IMG/VR virus record: IMGVR_UViG_3300005613_000042
Location: 1 to 64,000 of that record
Strand: one strand, 5' to 3'
DNA length: 64,000 nucleotides
Origin: a virus
Taxonomy: Duplodnaviria > Heunggongvirae > Uroviricota > Caudoviricetes
In this document: positions 56,717 through 64,000 of the stretch, piece after piece
How positions within the stretch are numbered: the stretch's first letter is position 1
Layout of the letters: every line of letters starts with the position of its first letter
Notes under the pieces: generated by a model
Seen by the model: only the letters and a program-made list of their open reading frames with translations
What the model was told of the DNA's origin: nothing
Databases searched by the model: none
Position numbers and translations under genes: made by a program

Positions 56717-57574
56717 ATGTCAAAAGACCTATTAAAAGAGGCAATTGCCGATGCTAAGGCTGTTAGGGAAACTGCAATTGCGAACGCTAAGTTAGCGTTG
56801 GAAGAAGCATTCACTCCAAAGATTCAGTCAATGTTGAGTGCACAGATTTCAGAAGAAGATGAAGAAGAATTCGAAGATGAGTTAGAAACTTCTGATGAAA
56901 TGGAATCTGATGTAGAAGATGTTGTTGATGATATGGAGGATGCTATGGATGACGCTGATGAGGAAGATGAAATGGATTCTGAAGAAGATGAAGATGACAT
57001 GGAACTAGAATCAATCATTAGAGAACTTGAAGCCGAAATGGAAGATGACACCATTGAGGAAGAAGAGGAGGAAGATGAGGCATTCGAATCTCTAGTTCGT
57101 GAATTGGAATCTGATGAAGATGAAATGTATGAAGAGGAAGATGGAGAGCTGGATTTAGATGAGATTATCCGTGAGTTATCCGAAGAAGATGAAGATGATA
57201 TGTATGAAGAGGAAGAAGATAATTCTGAACTCGAAGAAGCATATTCAACTATCGCTAAACTAAAGGAAACACTTACTGAAGTAAACATCTTAAATGCAAA
57301 ACTTCTTTACTCAAACAAACTATTCAGAAACTTCAACCTTAGTGAATCGCAAAAAATCAGAGTGATTGAAAACTTTGACCGAGCACAAACTGTTAGAGAA
57401 ATCAAGTTGGTATACAGTACTTTAACTGAATCTCTAAAGGTAAATGCTGGTAAGAAGAATATCGCTGAAGGATTAGCATCTAAGGCAGTTGGTTCAACAA
57501 AACCAAAAAAAGAAATCATCAATGAATCTGGTGATTTTGCAGACCGCATGAAAAAACTTGCGGGTTTACTTTAA
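56717..57574 (+). CDS. prohead scaffolding protein (gp22-like), extremely acidic
   Basis: About 40% Glu/Asp. Sits directly upstream of the capsid gene and is preceded by AAGGAG. Confidence 0.6.
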   Translation: MSKDLLKEAIADAKAVRETAIANAKLALEEAFTPKIQSMLSAQISEEDEEEFEDELETSDEMESDVEDVVDDMEDAMDDADEEDEMDSEEDEDDMELESIIRELEAEMEDDTIEEEEEEDEAFESLVRELESDEDEMYEEEDGELDLDEIIRELSEEDEDDMYEEEEDNSELEEAYSTIAKLKETLTEVNILNAKLLYSNKLFRNFNLSESQKIRVIENFDRAQTVREIKLVYSTLTESLKVNAGKKNIAEGLASKAVGSTKPKKEIINESGDFADRMKKLAGLL

Positions 57575-57598
57575 TTTAAAAACGTTAAGAGATTTATT

Positions 57599-59257
57599 AT
57601 GAATAAAATGATTTCAGATTTGCTTAACGATGCTAATAATACTTGGCGCCAACAGCGTGAAGAAACTCGTGCATTCGTTAACAAATGGGAAAAGAGTGGT
57701 CTCTTAGAAGGAATTGAGCATGAATATGAACGCCATAACACTGCTATCCTTTTAGAGAACCAAGCACGTCAATTGGTTTATGAGGCAAGTACTACAAATG
57801 CTGGTGCCGGTGAAGCTAGAGAAGATTGGAATGGTGTTGCCCTTCCACTCGTTCGTCGTATCTTCGGTCAAATCAGCGCCAAAGAATTTGTTTCAGTTCA
57901 ACCAATGAACCTTCCTTCAGGTCTAGTATTCTACTTAGACTTCAAGTATGGTGGTCCTGATACGGCTGGTAGATTTACTGGTGATATCATGGGTAACACT
58001 TCTTCATCATCAACCCCAACTGGTGGTCTTTACGGTAAGAACAAAGGTGGTTACTCCCTCAAGCAGAAAACCGCTACTGTATCACTTATTACATCTGCTA
58101 CCGCATCTTGGGCTGAGTTAGGATTCGATGCTGAGTTAAGTTCTTCTATCGCAGATGGTGGTGCAGGTGGTGTTGAGACTTACAAGATTTCATTCCCAAC
58201 CACTGCATTGAGTACTGCTGTTGATGTTGCCGCTGTTCAGATGTTTGTAGCAACTGCTTCAGGTATTACAGCTAACAACAACTTGGGTGAGTACAACTAC
58301 ATTAGTACTGGTGCTACTACCGCTACTAGAATCTTCAAGAATGAAAATCTACCTGCATCTTGCTCGTTGTTCATCCAAGCAACATCTGCTCCTACTGAAG
58401 TTCAGGTAACTTACTTCGAGAACACTTTGAATTCATACGCTCGCGGTGACTTTGAAGATACAAACCCAATCGAAGGTCCATCTTCAGGTACTAACCTTAA
58501 CATTCCTGAAATCAACGTTGAACTTCGTCAAGAAGCCATCGTTGCTAAAACAAGAAAACTAAAGGTTGTTTGGTCACCTGAATTCGCTCAGGACTTGAAC
58601 GCCTATCACAGCATCGATGCTGAAGCAGAATTGACAAGCATGTTGTCAGAATATGTAGCAATGGAAATCGACCTTGAAATTCTTGGTATGATTGAACAAG
58701 CCGCTCTTCACACAGACAACTGGTCAGCCGATATCGGTCAAGTAATTGCCGCCGGTGCATCTGCTCCTAGTGTTGTTACTGGAGCGGCCGCCGCAGCATA
58801 CAACCAACAAAGCTGGTTCCAAACTCTAGGTACTAAAGTTCAGAAGTTAAGCAACAAGATTTACCAGTCAACCATGCGTGGGCAGGCAAACTTCATCGTT
58901 GTTTCTCCTGAAGTAAGTACTATTTTGGAATCAATCCCAGGATACTCTGTAGACACCACTGGTGACCAAACACAGTATGCAATGGGTGTTGCTAAAGTTG
59001 GTACACTTGCAAACAGATTCACTATCTACAAGAATCCATACTTCTTAGACAACGTTCTATTGATGGGATTCCGTGGAACTCAATTCTTGGAAACTGGTGC
59101 TGTATACGCTCCTTACATTCCATTGATTATGACTCCGCTTGTATACGACCCAACTAACTTTACCCCACGTAAAGGGGTCATGACACGTTATGCGAAGAAG
59201 GTAGTTCGTCCCGAATTCTTCGGTAAAATCTACATCGCTGGTTTAGATTCATTCTAA
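57599..59257 (+). CDS. major capsid protein (T4 gp23-like)
   Basis: 552 aa. Sits after the protease/scaffold genes. Strong terminator follows. Call is positional plus size. Confidence 0.6.
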   Translation: MNKMISDLLNDANNTWRQQREETRAFVNKWEKSGLLEGIEHEYERHNTAILLENQARQLVYEASTTNAGAGEAREDWNGVALPLVRRIFGQISAKEFVSVQPMNLPSGLVFYLDFKYGGPDTAGRFTGDIMGNTSSSSTPTGGLYGKNKGGYSLKQKTATVSLITSATASWAELGFDAELSSSIADGGAGGVETYKISFPTTALSTAVDVAAVQMFVATASGITANNNLGEYNYISTGATTATRIFKNENLPASCSLFIQATSAPTEVQVTYFENTLNSYARGDFEDTNPIEGPSSGTNLNIPEINVELRQEAIVAKTRKLKVVWSPEFAQDLNAYHSIDAEAELTSMLSEYVAMEIDLEILGMIEQAALHTDNWSADIGQVIAAGASAPSVVTGAAAAAYNQQSWFQTLGTKVQKLSNKIYQSTMRGQANFIVVSPEVSTILESIPGYSVDTTGDQTQYAMGVAKVGTLANRFTIYKNPYFLDNVLLMGFRGTQFLETGAVYAPYIPLIMTPLVYDPTNFTPRKGVMTRYAKKVVRPEFFGKIYIAGLDSF

Positions 59258-59280
59258 ATTTAGTACTTCGTATTAGGTTA

Positions 59281-59311
59281 AAAAAAAGGTGGGATTATTC
59301 CCACCTTTTTT
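59281..59311 (+). terminator. strong rho-independent terminator
   Basis: aggtggga-ttat-tcccacct hairpin flanked by an upstream A7 run and a downstream T6 run. Confidence 0.8.
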
Positions 59312-59320
59312 GTATTTTAT

Positions 59321-60883
59321 ATGTATAATTATACCAAACAAAGGTGTGAAATGAAAAATACATGTAAAATTTGTAATGTGAAAATTCCTAAGAATCGCAT
59401 ATATTGTTCTAACAAATGCAAATTCTCAGATAAAGATTACAATAGAGGTAGGGTATCTAAGTCAAAGAATCCTAAAAACAAAATGTTAGTATGTAAGTTA
59501 TGTAATAAAAAAAGTAAAGATATTTTAAACAAGAGCGGGACTATAACCAAACACTTGAGTGAAGAACATTCTATTCAGAATTTTCAAAATTTCATGGACT
59601 ATTATGAAATGGTAGATATTTCACCAACTCCAAAATTAAATTGTAAAATGTGCAATTACAGTACTGTAGATGTAAATAATAAATCAGGCGCATTCACTAA
59701 ACACATTTTGCAAGAACATGGTATTACGCCAACTGAATATTGTAAAAAATTCCCAAGTGAATCTAAATTATGGTTTCATTACTTTAATGTGGAAACCAAA
59801 AAATCCATTCAGAAAAAGAAAGGAATTCAATGTAAGTTGTGTGGAAATTATTATAAGACTATTAGTAACTCTCATTGCAAATCAGTACATGGAATTACAC
59901 AAGATGATTATAAATTGAGATTTGGTGATACCATTGTCTGTGACCATACTTCAGATAAATTATCAGATATAGCCACCAATACAAATGCAACCAGAAATTG
60001 GACTTACAGGTCTAAATTAGAAATTGACATTTGTAATTTTTTAGAATCAAACAATATAAAATTTATACCCACTTACAAAAGTTTGGGAACTGAATTAGAT
60101 ATCTACACACCTGACTATAGAATTGCAATTGAAGTAAATGGGTTATTATGGCACTCGGAGTTGTTTGGAAACAAGCACAAATCATATCATTTAAACAAAA
60201 CAAATATTTGTAATGATAATGATATTAAGCTTATTCACATATTTGAAGATGAATGGAATGATAACACAGAACTAGTTAAGAAAAAACTTTTACATATTTT
60301 TAACAAAAGTGATGTACCATCGATATACGCTAGAAACACAAAAGTAGTATCAGTTAGTTCTAAAGATAGAATTGAGTTTTTAGAGAAACACCACATACAA
60401 GGTGGTGATAAAAGTGGCATATGTTATGGATTATCATATTCAGATGATTTAATTGCAATTATGTCATTTTCAAAACCAAGAATATCATTGGGGTCTACAT
60501 CAAAAAATGATACGTATGAATTAGTTAGGTTTGCTACAAACACAGATTATAGATGTGTTGGTGCAGCAGGTAAATTGTTGAAACATTTTATAAATGTATA
60601 TAACCCAAATACAATTTATTCATATGCTGATTTGAGATGGACTGGTAAAAATAACAATCTTTATACAAATCTTGGTTTCAAACTAATGTCTATCAGTAAA
60701 CCTAGCTATTGGTATATGCCAAATTATAAAACTAGAATGCATAGATATAATTTCACGAAGCATAGAATTGTATCTAAATTTGGAGGTGATATCAATTTAA
60801 GTGAATGGCAAAACATGCAAAAACTCGGATATGATAGAATATGGGATTGTGGAAATCTTAAATATCAATTAGATTTGTTATAA
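59321..60883 (+). CDS. composite homing-endonuclease-like protein: three CxxC...HxxxHG(I/M)T..EY zinc-finger repeats + Vsr/DUF559-like PD-(D/E)xK nuclease + GNAT-like C-terminus
   Basis: CKLCNKKSKDILNKSGTITKHLSEEHSIQNF, CKMCNYS...HILQEHGITPTEYCKKFP and CKLCGNYYK...SVHGITQDDY. Then PDYRIAIEVNGLLWHSE (Vsr-like). C-terminus RFATNTDYRCVGAAGKLL. Confidence 0.5.
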   Translation: MYNYTKQRCEMKNTCKICNVKIPKNRIYCSNKCKFSDKDYNRGRVSKSKNPKNKMLVCKLCNKKSKDILNKSGTITKHLSEEHSIQNFQNFMDYYEMVDISPTPKLNCKMCNYSTVDVNNKSGAFTKHILQEHGITPTEYCKKFPSESKLWFHYFNVETKKSIQKKKGIQCKLCGNYYKTISNSHCKSVHGITQDDYKLRFGDTIVCDHTSDKLSDIATNTNATRNWTYRSKLEIDICNFLESNNIKFIPTYKSLGTELDIYTPDYRIAIEVNGLLWHSELFGNKHKSYHLNKTNICNDNDIKLIHIFEDEWNDNTELVKKKLLHIFNKSDVPSIYARNTKVVSVSSKDRIEFLEKHHIQGGDKSGICYGLSYSDDLIAIMSFSKPRISLGSTSKNDTYELVRFATNTDYRCVGAAGKLLKHFINVYNPNTIYSYADLRWTGKNNNLYTNLGFKLMSISKPSYWYMPNYKTRMHRYNFTKHRIVSKFGGDINLSEWQNMQKLGYDRIWDCGNLKYQLDLL

Positions 60884-60909
60884 TACTTGATATTTATATA
60901 AGAATAATT

Positions 60910-61308
60910 ATGGCAGCAGGACAATACACATTTATAATAGAACAAGGTAGTACCGTTGATTTTAGAATTGATTATAAAGATTCTAATGGTAATCCAGTTG
61001 ATTTAACTGATTATCAATCAAGAATGCAAATCAGAAATCAAAAACGTGGAACTACTTTGTATGCAAGTTTAAGCTCATCGTTAACACCATGTGGTACTGG
61101 GTTGAATATGACACCTGTATCCGGTTCAGTTACTTTACCAAAGTCTTCTGGAAGTATTGGAGTTTACATATCTGCTGCATCATCAAGTCAATTTAATTTT
61201 GACCAAGCCTACTATGATATTGAGATTGTTAGTGGGTCTGGTGCATGTGCTTATGTAAATCGTATCTTGGAAGGAAAAATAAAACTATCTAAGGAGGTAA
61301 CATACTAA
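60910..61308 (+). CDS. hypothetical structural protein (132 aa)
   Basis: Preceded by a TTGATATTTATATAAG motif. Confidence 0.45.
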   Translation: MAAGQYTFIIEQGSTVDFRIDYKDSNGNPVDLTDYQSRMQIRNQKRGTTLYASLSSSLTPCGTGLNMTPVSGSVTLPKSSGSIGVYISAASSSQFNFDQAYYDIEIVSGSGACAYVNRILEGKIKLSKEVTY

Positions 61309-62465
61309 TGGCAGTACCAAAACCAATCTGGCCAGGTTCTTCATCATTTTTCCCAGGTGATACTCCATTTGGGTATTATGATACTGATTTACAATTCCAA
61401 GATGATGCTGAAAAGGTTTCAGTTTGGTGTGCTAAGAGATTGGGATACCCGATTATTAATGTTGAATTAAATGCAGAATCATTTTATGCTTGTTTTGAGG
61501 AAGCCGTTAGTGAATATAGTTCGCAAGTAAATCAATTTAATATCAGAGAAAACTTGTTGACCTTAAAAGGTTCATCTACAGGTTCAAATGCAACTCATAG
61601 AAATGTTGTTCCAAATTTATCAAGAATTATTGAATTAAGTCAAACTTATGGTACTGAGGGAAATGTTGGTGGGTATGTTGATTTTAAGAGTGGTTCTATT
61701 GATGTTATAGGTGGTAAACAAGTTTATGATTTGCAAACACTTTGGTCAGATGTTAGTGAAAGTGGAAATCGTATTGAAGTTAAAAAAGTATTCTATCAAT
61801 CATCGCCGGCACTGAGTAGATTTTTCGATCCTTATGTTGGTACTGGATATGGTACATCTCAGATGTTGGCATCCTTTGGGTGGGGAAATTACTCTCCCGC
61901 TGTCAATTATCTATTACTACCTATGTATGATGATTTGCTTAGAATGCAATCCATTGAATTTAACGATAGGGTTAGACGTTCTCATTATAGTTTTGAAATC
62001 AAAAACAACAAACTCACTATTTTCCCAAAACCACGTAATGGTACAAGTTACAAAATGTGGTTTCACTATATTGTAAGTTCTGATAGAAGTAATCCATATG
62101 GACCGAGTGGTGGATATGGTGAGGTAAGTGATATGTCAAATGCACCTTATGATAATATGGTGTATACTCAGATAAATTCGCCAGGAAAACAATGGATTCG
62201 TAAATATACTCTTGCACTTGCTAAAGAAATGTTGGGAATTGTACGTAGTAAGTATGCATCAATTCCAATTCCTGGAGCAGAAGTTAACTTAGATGGTGAT
62301 ACACTTCGTACTGAGGCAAGTACTGATAAGGAAAACTTAATAACACAACTTCGTGAAGATTTAGAAGCAAATTCACGTAGAAATATGTTAGAACGTCAAA
62401 AAGAAGAAAGTGAATTTCAACAAGAAACAATGAATAGAATTCCACTTTCAATTTATCTGGGGTAA
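61308..62465 (+). CDS. head/neck structural protein candidate (385 aa)
   Basis: Strong SD (AAGGAGGT) upstream. Late gene block. Confidence 0.45.
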   Translation: MAVPKPIWPGSSSFFPGDTPFGYYDTDLQFQDDAEKVSVWCAKRLGYPIINVELNAESFYACFEEAVSEYSSQVNQFNIRENLLTLKGSSTGSNATHRNVVPNLSRIIELSQTYGTEGNVGGYVDFKSGSIDVIGGKQVYDLQTLWSDVSESGNRIEVKKVFYQSSPALSRFFDPYVGTGYGTSQMLASFGWGNYSPAVNYLLLPMYDDLLRMQSIEFNDRVRRSHYSFEIKNNKLTIFPKPRNGTSYKMWFHYIVSSDRSNPYGPSGGYGEVSDMSNAPYDNMVYTQINSPGKQWIRKYTLALAKEMLGIVRSKYASIPIPGAEVNLDGDTLRTEASTDKENLITQLREDLEANSRRNMLERQKEESEFQQETMNRIPLSIYLG

Positions 62466-62468
62466 TTT

Positions 62469-62996
62469 ATGGCACTTTATGGTGAGGCTCGTGATATAAA
62501 TTTGTTCAGAAATTTGAACAAAGAACTCATTAACGACATAATTGATGTCACCGTTGATGTTTATAAGGTTGCACTTGACCATACTCAAGAAAATGTATAC
62601 GGTGAATCCCGAGAAAAGGTTTATAAAAATCCAGTAAGAGTACCTTGTTTAATCACACGAGATGACCAATCTTGGAATAGTGATGAATTTGGACCTGATG
62701 TAACTCAAACGCTTACATTTTCATTTTTACGTGACACACTTAAAGATGATGCTGACATTGTTATGGAAGTTGGTGATATCATTAAGTGGAATGAAAACTT
62801 CTGGGAAGTTGATGGTATTATAGAAAATCAATTTGTAGTTGGTAAGAACCCAGAAACTGACCATATTGGTGGTTCTTTTGGTGGAAATCATTCTATCATT
62901 TGTTCAACACATCTTTCACGTAGAACCAAACTTTCAACAGAACGCACTAACGTGGGTGTTGTTGATAACAAACCAAACGACTTATATTACTCATGA
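62469..62996 (+). CDS. hypothetical structural protein (175 aa)
   Basis: ORF on the + strand. Confidence 0.45.
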   Translation: MALYGEARDINLFRNLNKELINDIIDVTVDVYKVALDHTQENVYGESREKVYKNPVRVPCLITRDDQSWNSDEFGPDVTQTLTFSFLRDTLKDDADIVMEVGDIIKWNENFWEVDGIIENQFVVGKNPETDHIGGSFGGNHSIICSTHLSRRTKLSTERTNVGVVDNKPNDLYYS

Positions 62997-63775
62997 GTAG
63001 GAAACCAACAGCAAAAAAACCTAAAAGTAGTACAATCAATAGAGCCAATGTCGTAAAACGTAACGACAAGGTGGCTAATATTGGTGTTGGTTTATACGAA
63101 CATGATGAGGCTATCAAGTACTATATTGAAAATGTGATTAAACCACAAGTACTTGACCATAACAATGAATCAATAAAAGTTCCTATTATATACGGTAACC
63201 CAGAAAGGTGGCAATCTGTTCAAAAAAGTATATTTCATCGTGATAAAGATGGTAAAATTCAAATACCACTTATCATGTATAAACGTACTAATATTGAAAA
63301 GGAACGGGGTATTACAAAAAACTTGGATGCAAATAATCCACAAATTCATCAATATATTAAAAATTCATTTACTTCAGTAAATCGATATGATGCATTGGAC
63401 CGTTTGATTGGGAGGAAACCGGTTCAAGAATTGCATAGAATTGTCATACCTGATTACGTAACACTTGGTTATGATTTTATCGTTTGGACTGAATTTATAG
63501 GTCAAATGAATAAATTGATTGAAGCTATAAATTATGCGGAGGGTAGTTTTTGGGGCGACCAAGATAGATTTACTTTTTCAACAAGAATTGATAGTTTCAG
63601 TAATACAACTGAAGTTGCACAGGGTGAAGACCGAGCAATTAGAACTTCATTTAGTTTAACCTTACGTGGGTATATCATTCCAGAAAATATACAAAAAGCC
63701 GCTCAAGAACAAAGTCAAAAGGTATTTACTAGAGCCGTTGTTCAATTTGGCGAAAACGTAATAAGTAATAAATGA
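62993..63775 (+). CDS. hypothetical structural protein (260 aa)
   Basis: ORF on the + strand. Confidence 0.45.
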   Translation: MSRKPTAKKPKSSTINRANVVKRNDKVANIGVGLYEHDEAIKYYIENVIKPQVLDHNNESIKVPIIYGNPERWQSVQKSIFHRDKDGKIQIPLIMYKRTNIEKERGITKNLDANNPQIHQYIKNSFTSVNRYDALDRLIGRKPVQELHRIVIPDYVTLGYDFIVWTEFIGQMNKLIEAINYAEGSFWGDQDRFTFSTRIDSFSNTTEVAQGEDRAIRTSFSLTLRGYIIPENIQKAAQEQSQKVFTRAVVQFGENVISNK

Positions 63776-64000
63776 GTACAAGTATAACGCCTAATAACGC
63801 CAATATACGAGTTGTTACAATAAACACGCCGGGACCAAGAGGACCGCAAGGTCCAGTTGGACCAACTGGCTCTTCTATTGGTGATACTGCAGTTTATATT
63901 TATAAGGATGTGGTATCTACTGATGTAACCATAACGAGTGGTAGTGGGTTATCTATATCTGATGCTCTTAGAATTGAAAATGGAGTTGATATAAATGTAA
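63772..64000 (+). CDS. collagen-like (GPRGPQGPVGPTG) structural protein, 5' partial; continues beyond the window
   Basis: ATG overlaps the upstream stop. Gly-X-Y repeats in the translation. Confidence 0.45.
   Translation, partial: MSTSITPNNANIRVVTINTPGPRGPQGPVGPTGSSIGDTAVYIYKDVVSTDVTITSGSGLSISDALRIENGVDINV

Noticed and set aside
56824-57288. 154-aa Ser-rich ORF on the minus strand
   Set aside because: It is the antisense reading of the extremely acidic (GAA/GAT-rich) scaffold gene and a codon-composition artefact. Every supported gene in the window is on the + strand.

Overview
The window looks like a 64-kb slice of a large, low-GC (about 35%) virulent tailed phage with a T4-like morphogenesis module. 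Almost every gene is on the + strand. Six intergenic regions carry a TTGGTTT ... TAnnTTT(G/A) motif that fits the Bacteroidetes sigma-A promoter consensus (-33 TTTG / -7 TAnnTTTG), so I infer a Bacteroidetes (e.g. Flavobacteriia) host. Contents in order: (1) an early region with five tRNAs (Ser-GCU, Gly-UCC, Met-CAU, Ile-UAU, Cys-GCA), the tail end of an amidase endolysin, an SPFH lipoprotein and a GMP-reductase-like gene. (2) A T4-style RNA repair cassette: a kinase-only Pnk, an Rnl1-type RNA ligase, an HD hydrolase and a calcineurin-like phosphoesterase, each behind its own copy of the promoter repeat. (3) A lytic transglycosylase, small genes and a gp55-like late sigma factor. (4) A baseplate/tail module (gp25/W-like, gp6/J-like, very large structural proteins), then PhoH, GIY-YIG, a DnaG-type primase and a fused Mre11-Rad50 (SbcDC) polypeptide. 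(5) Three paralogous repeat-rich tail-fibre genes and a LamG-domain protein. (6) A P-loop kinase followed by an unusual 'fractured' gene: an N-terminal NMNAT-like nucleotidyltransferase domain, Zn-finger/NUMOD3/HNH modules and ligase motif I, interrupted exactly at the motif-I lysine by a canonical split intein. The N-intein ends the first ORF, a free-standing Vsr-like homing endonuclease gene lies between the halves, and the C-intein starts the next ORF (HN|T junction restoring EK|TDGQN). (7) A ParB-like nuclease, large terminase, portal, prohead protease, acidic scaffold and major capsid protein followed by a strong terminator. (8) A composite Zn-finger/Vsr-like homing-endonuclease-like gene inserted downstream of the capsid gene. 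The hunt highlights are the split-intein fractured ligase with its NMNAT/kinase neighbours (possible NAD salvage or RNA repair, perhaps counter-defence), the split Pnk repair cassette, and the Mre11-Rad50 fusion. Product calls rest on motifs I read by eye; no database search was possible.
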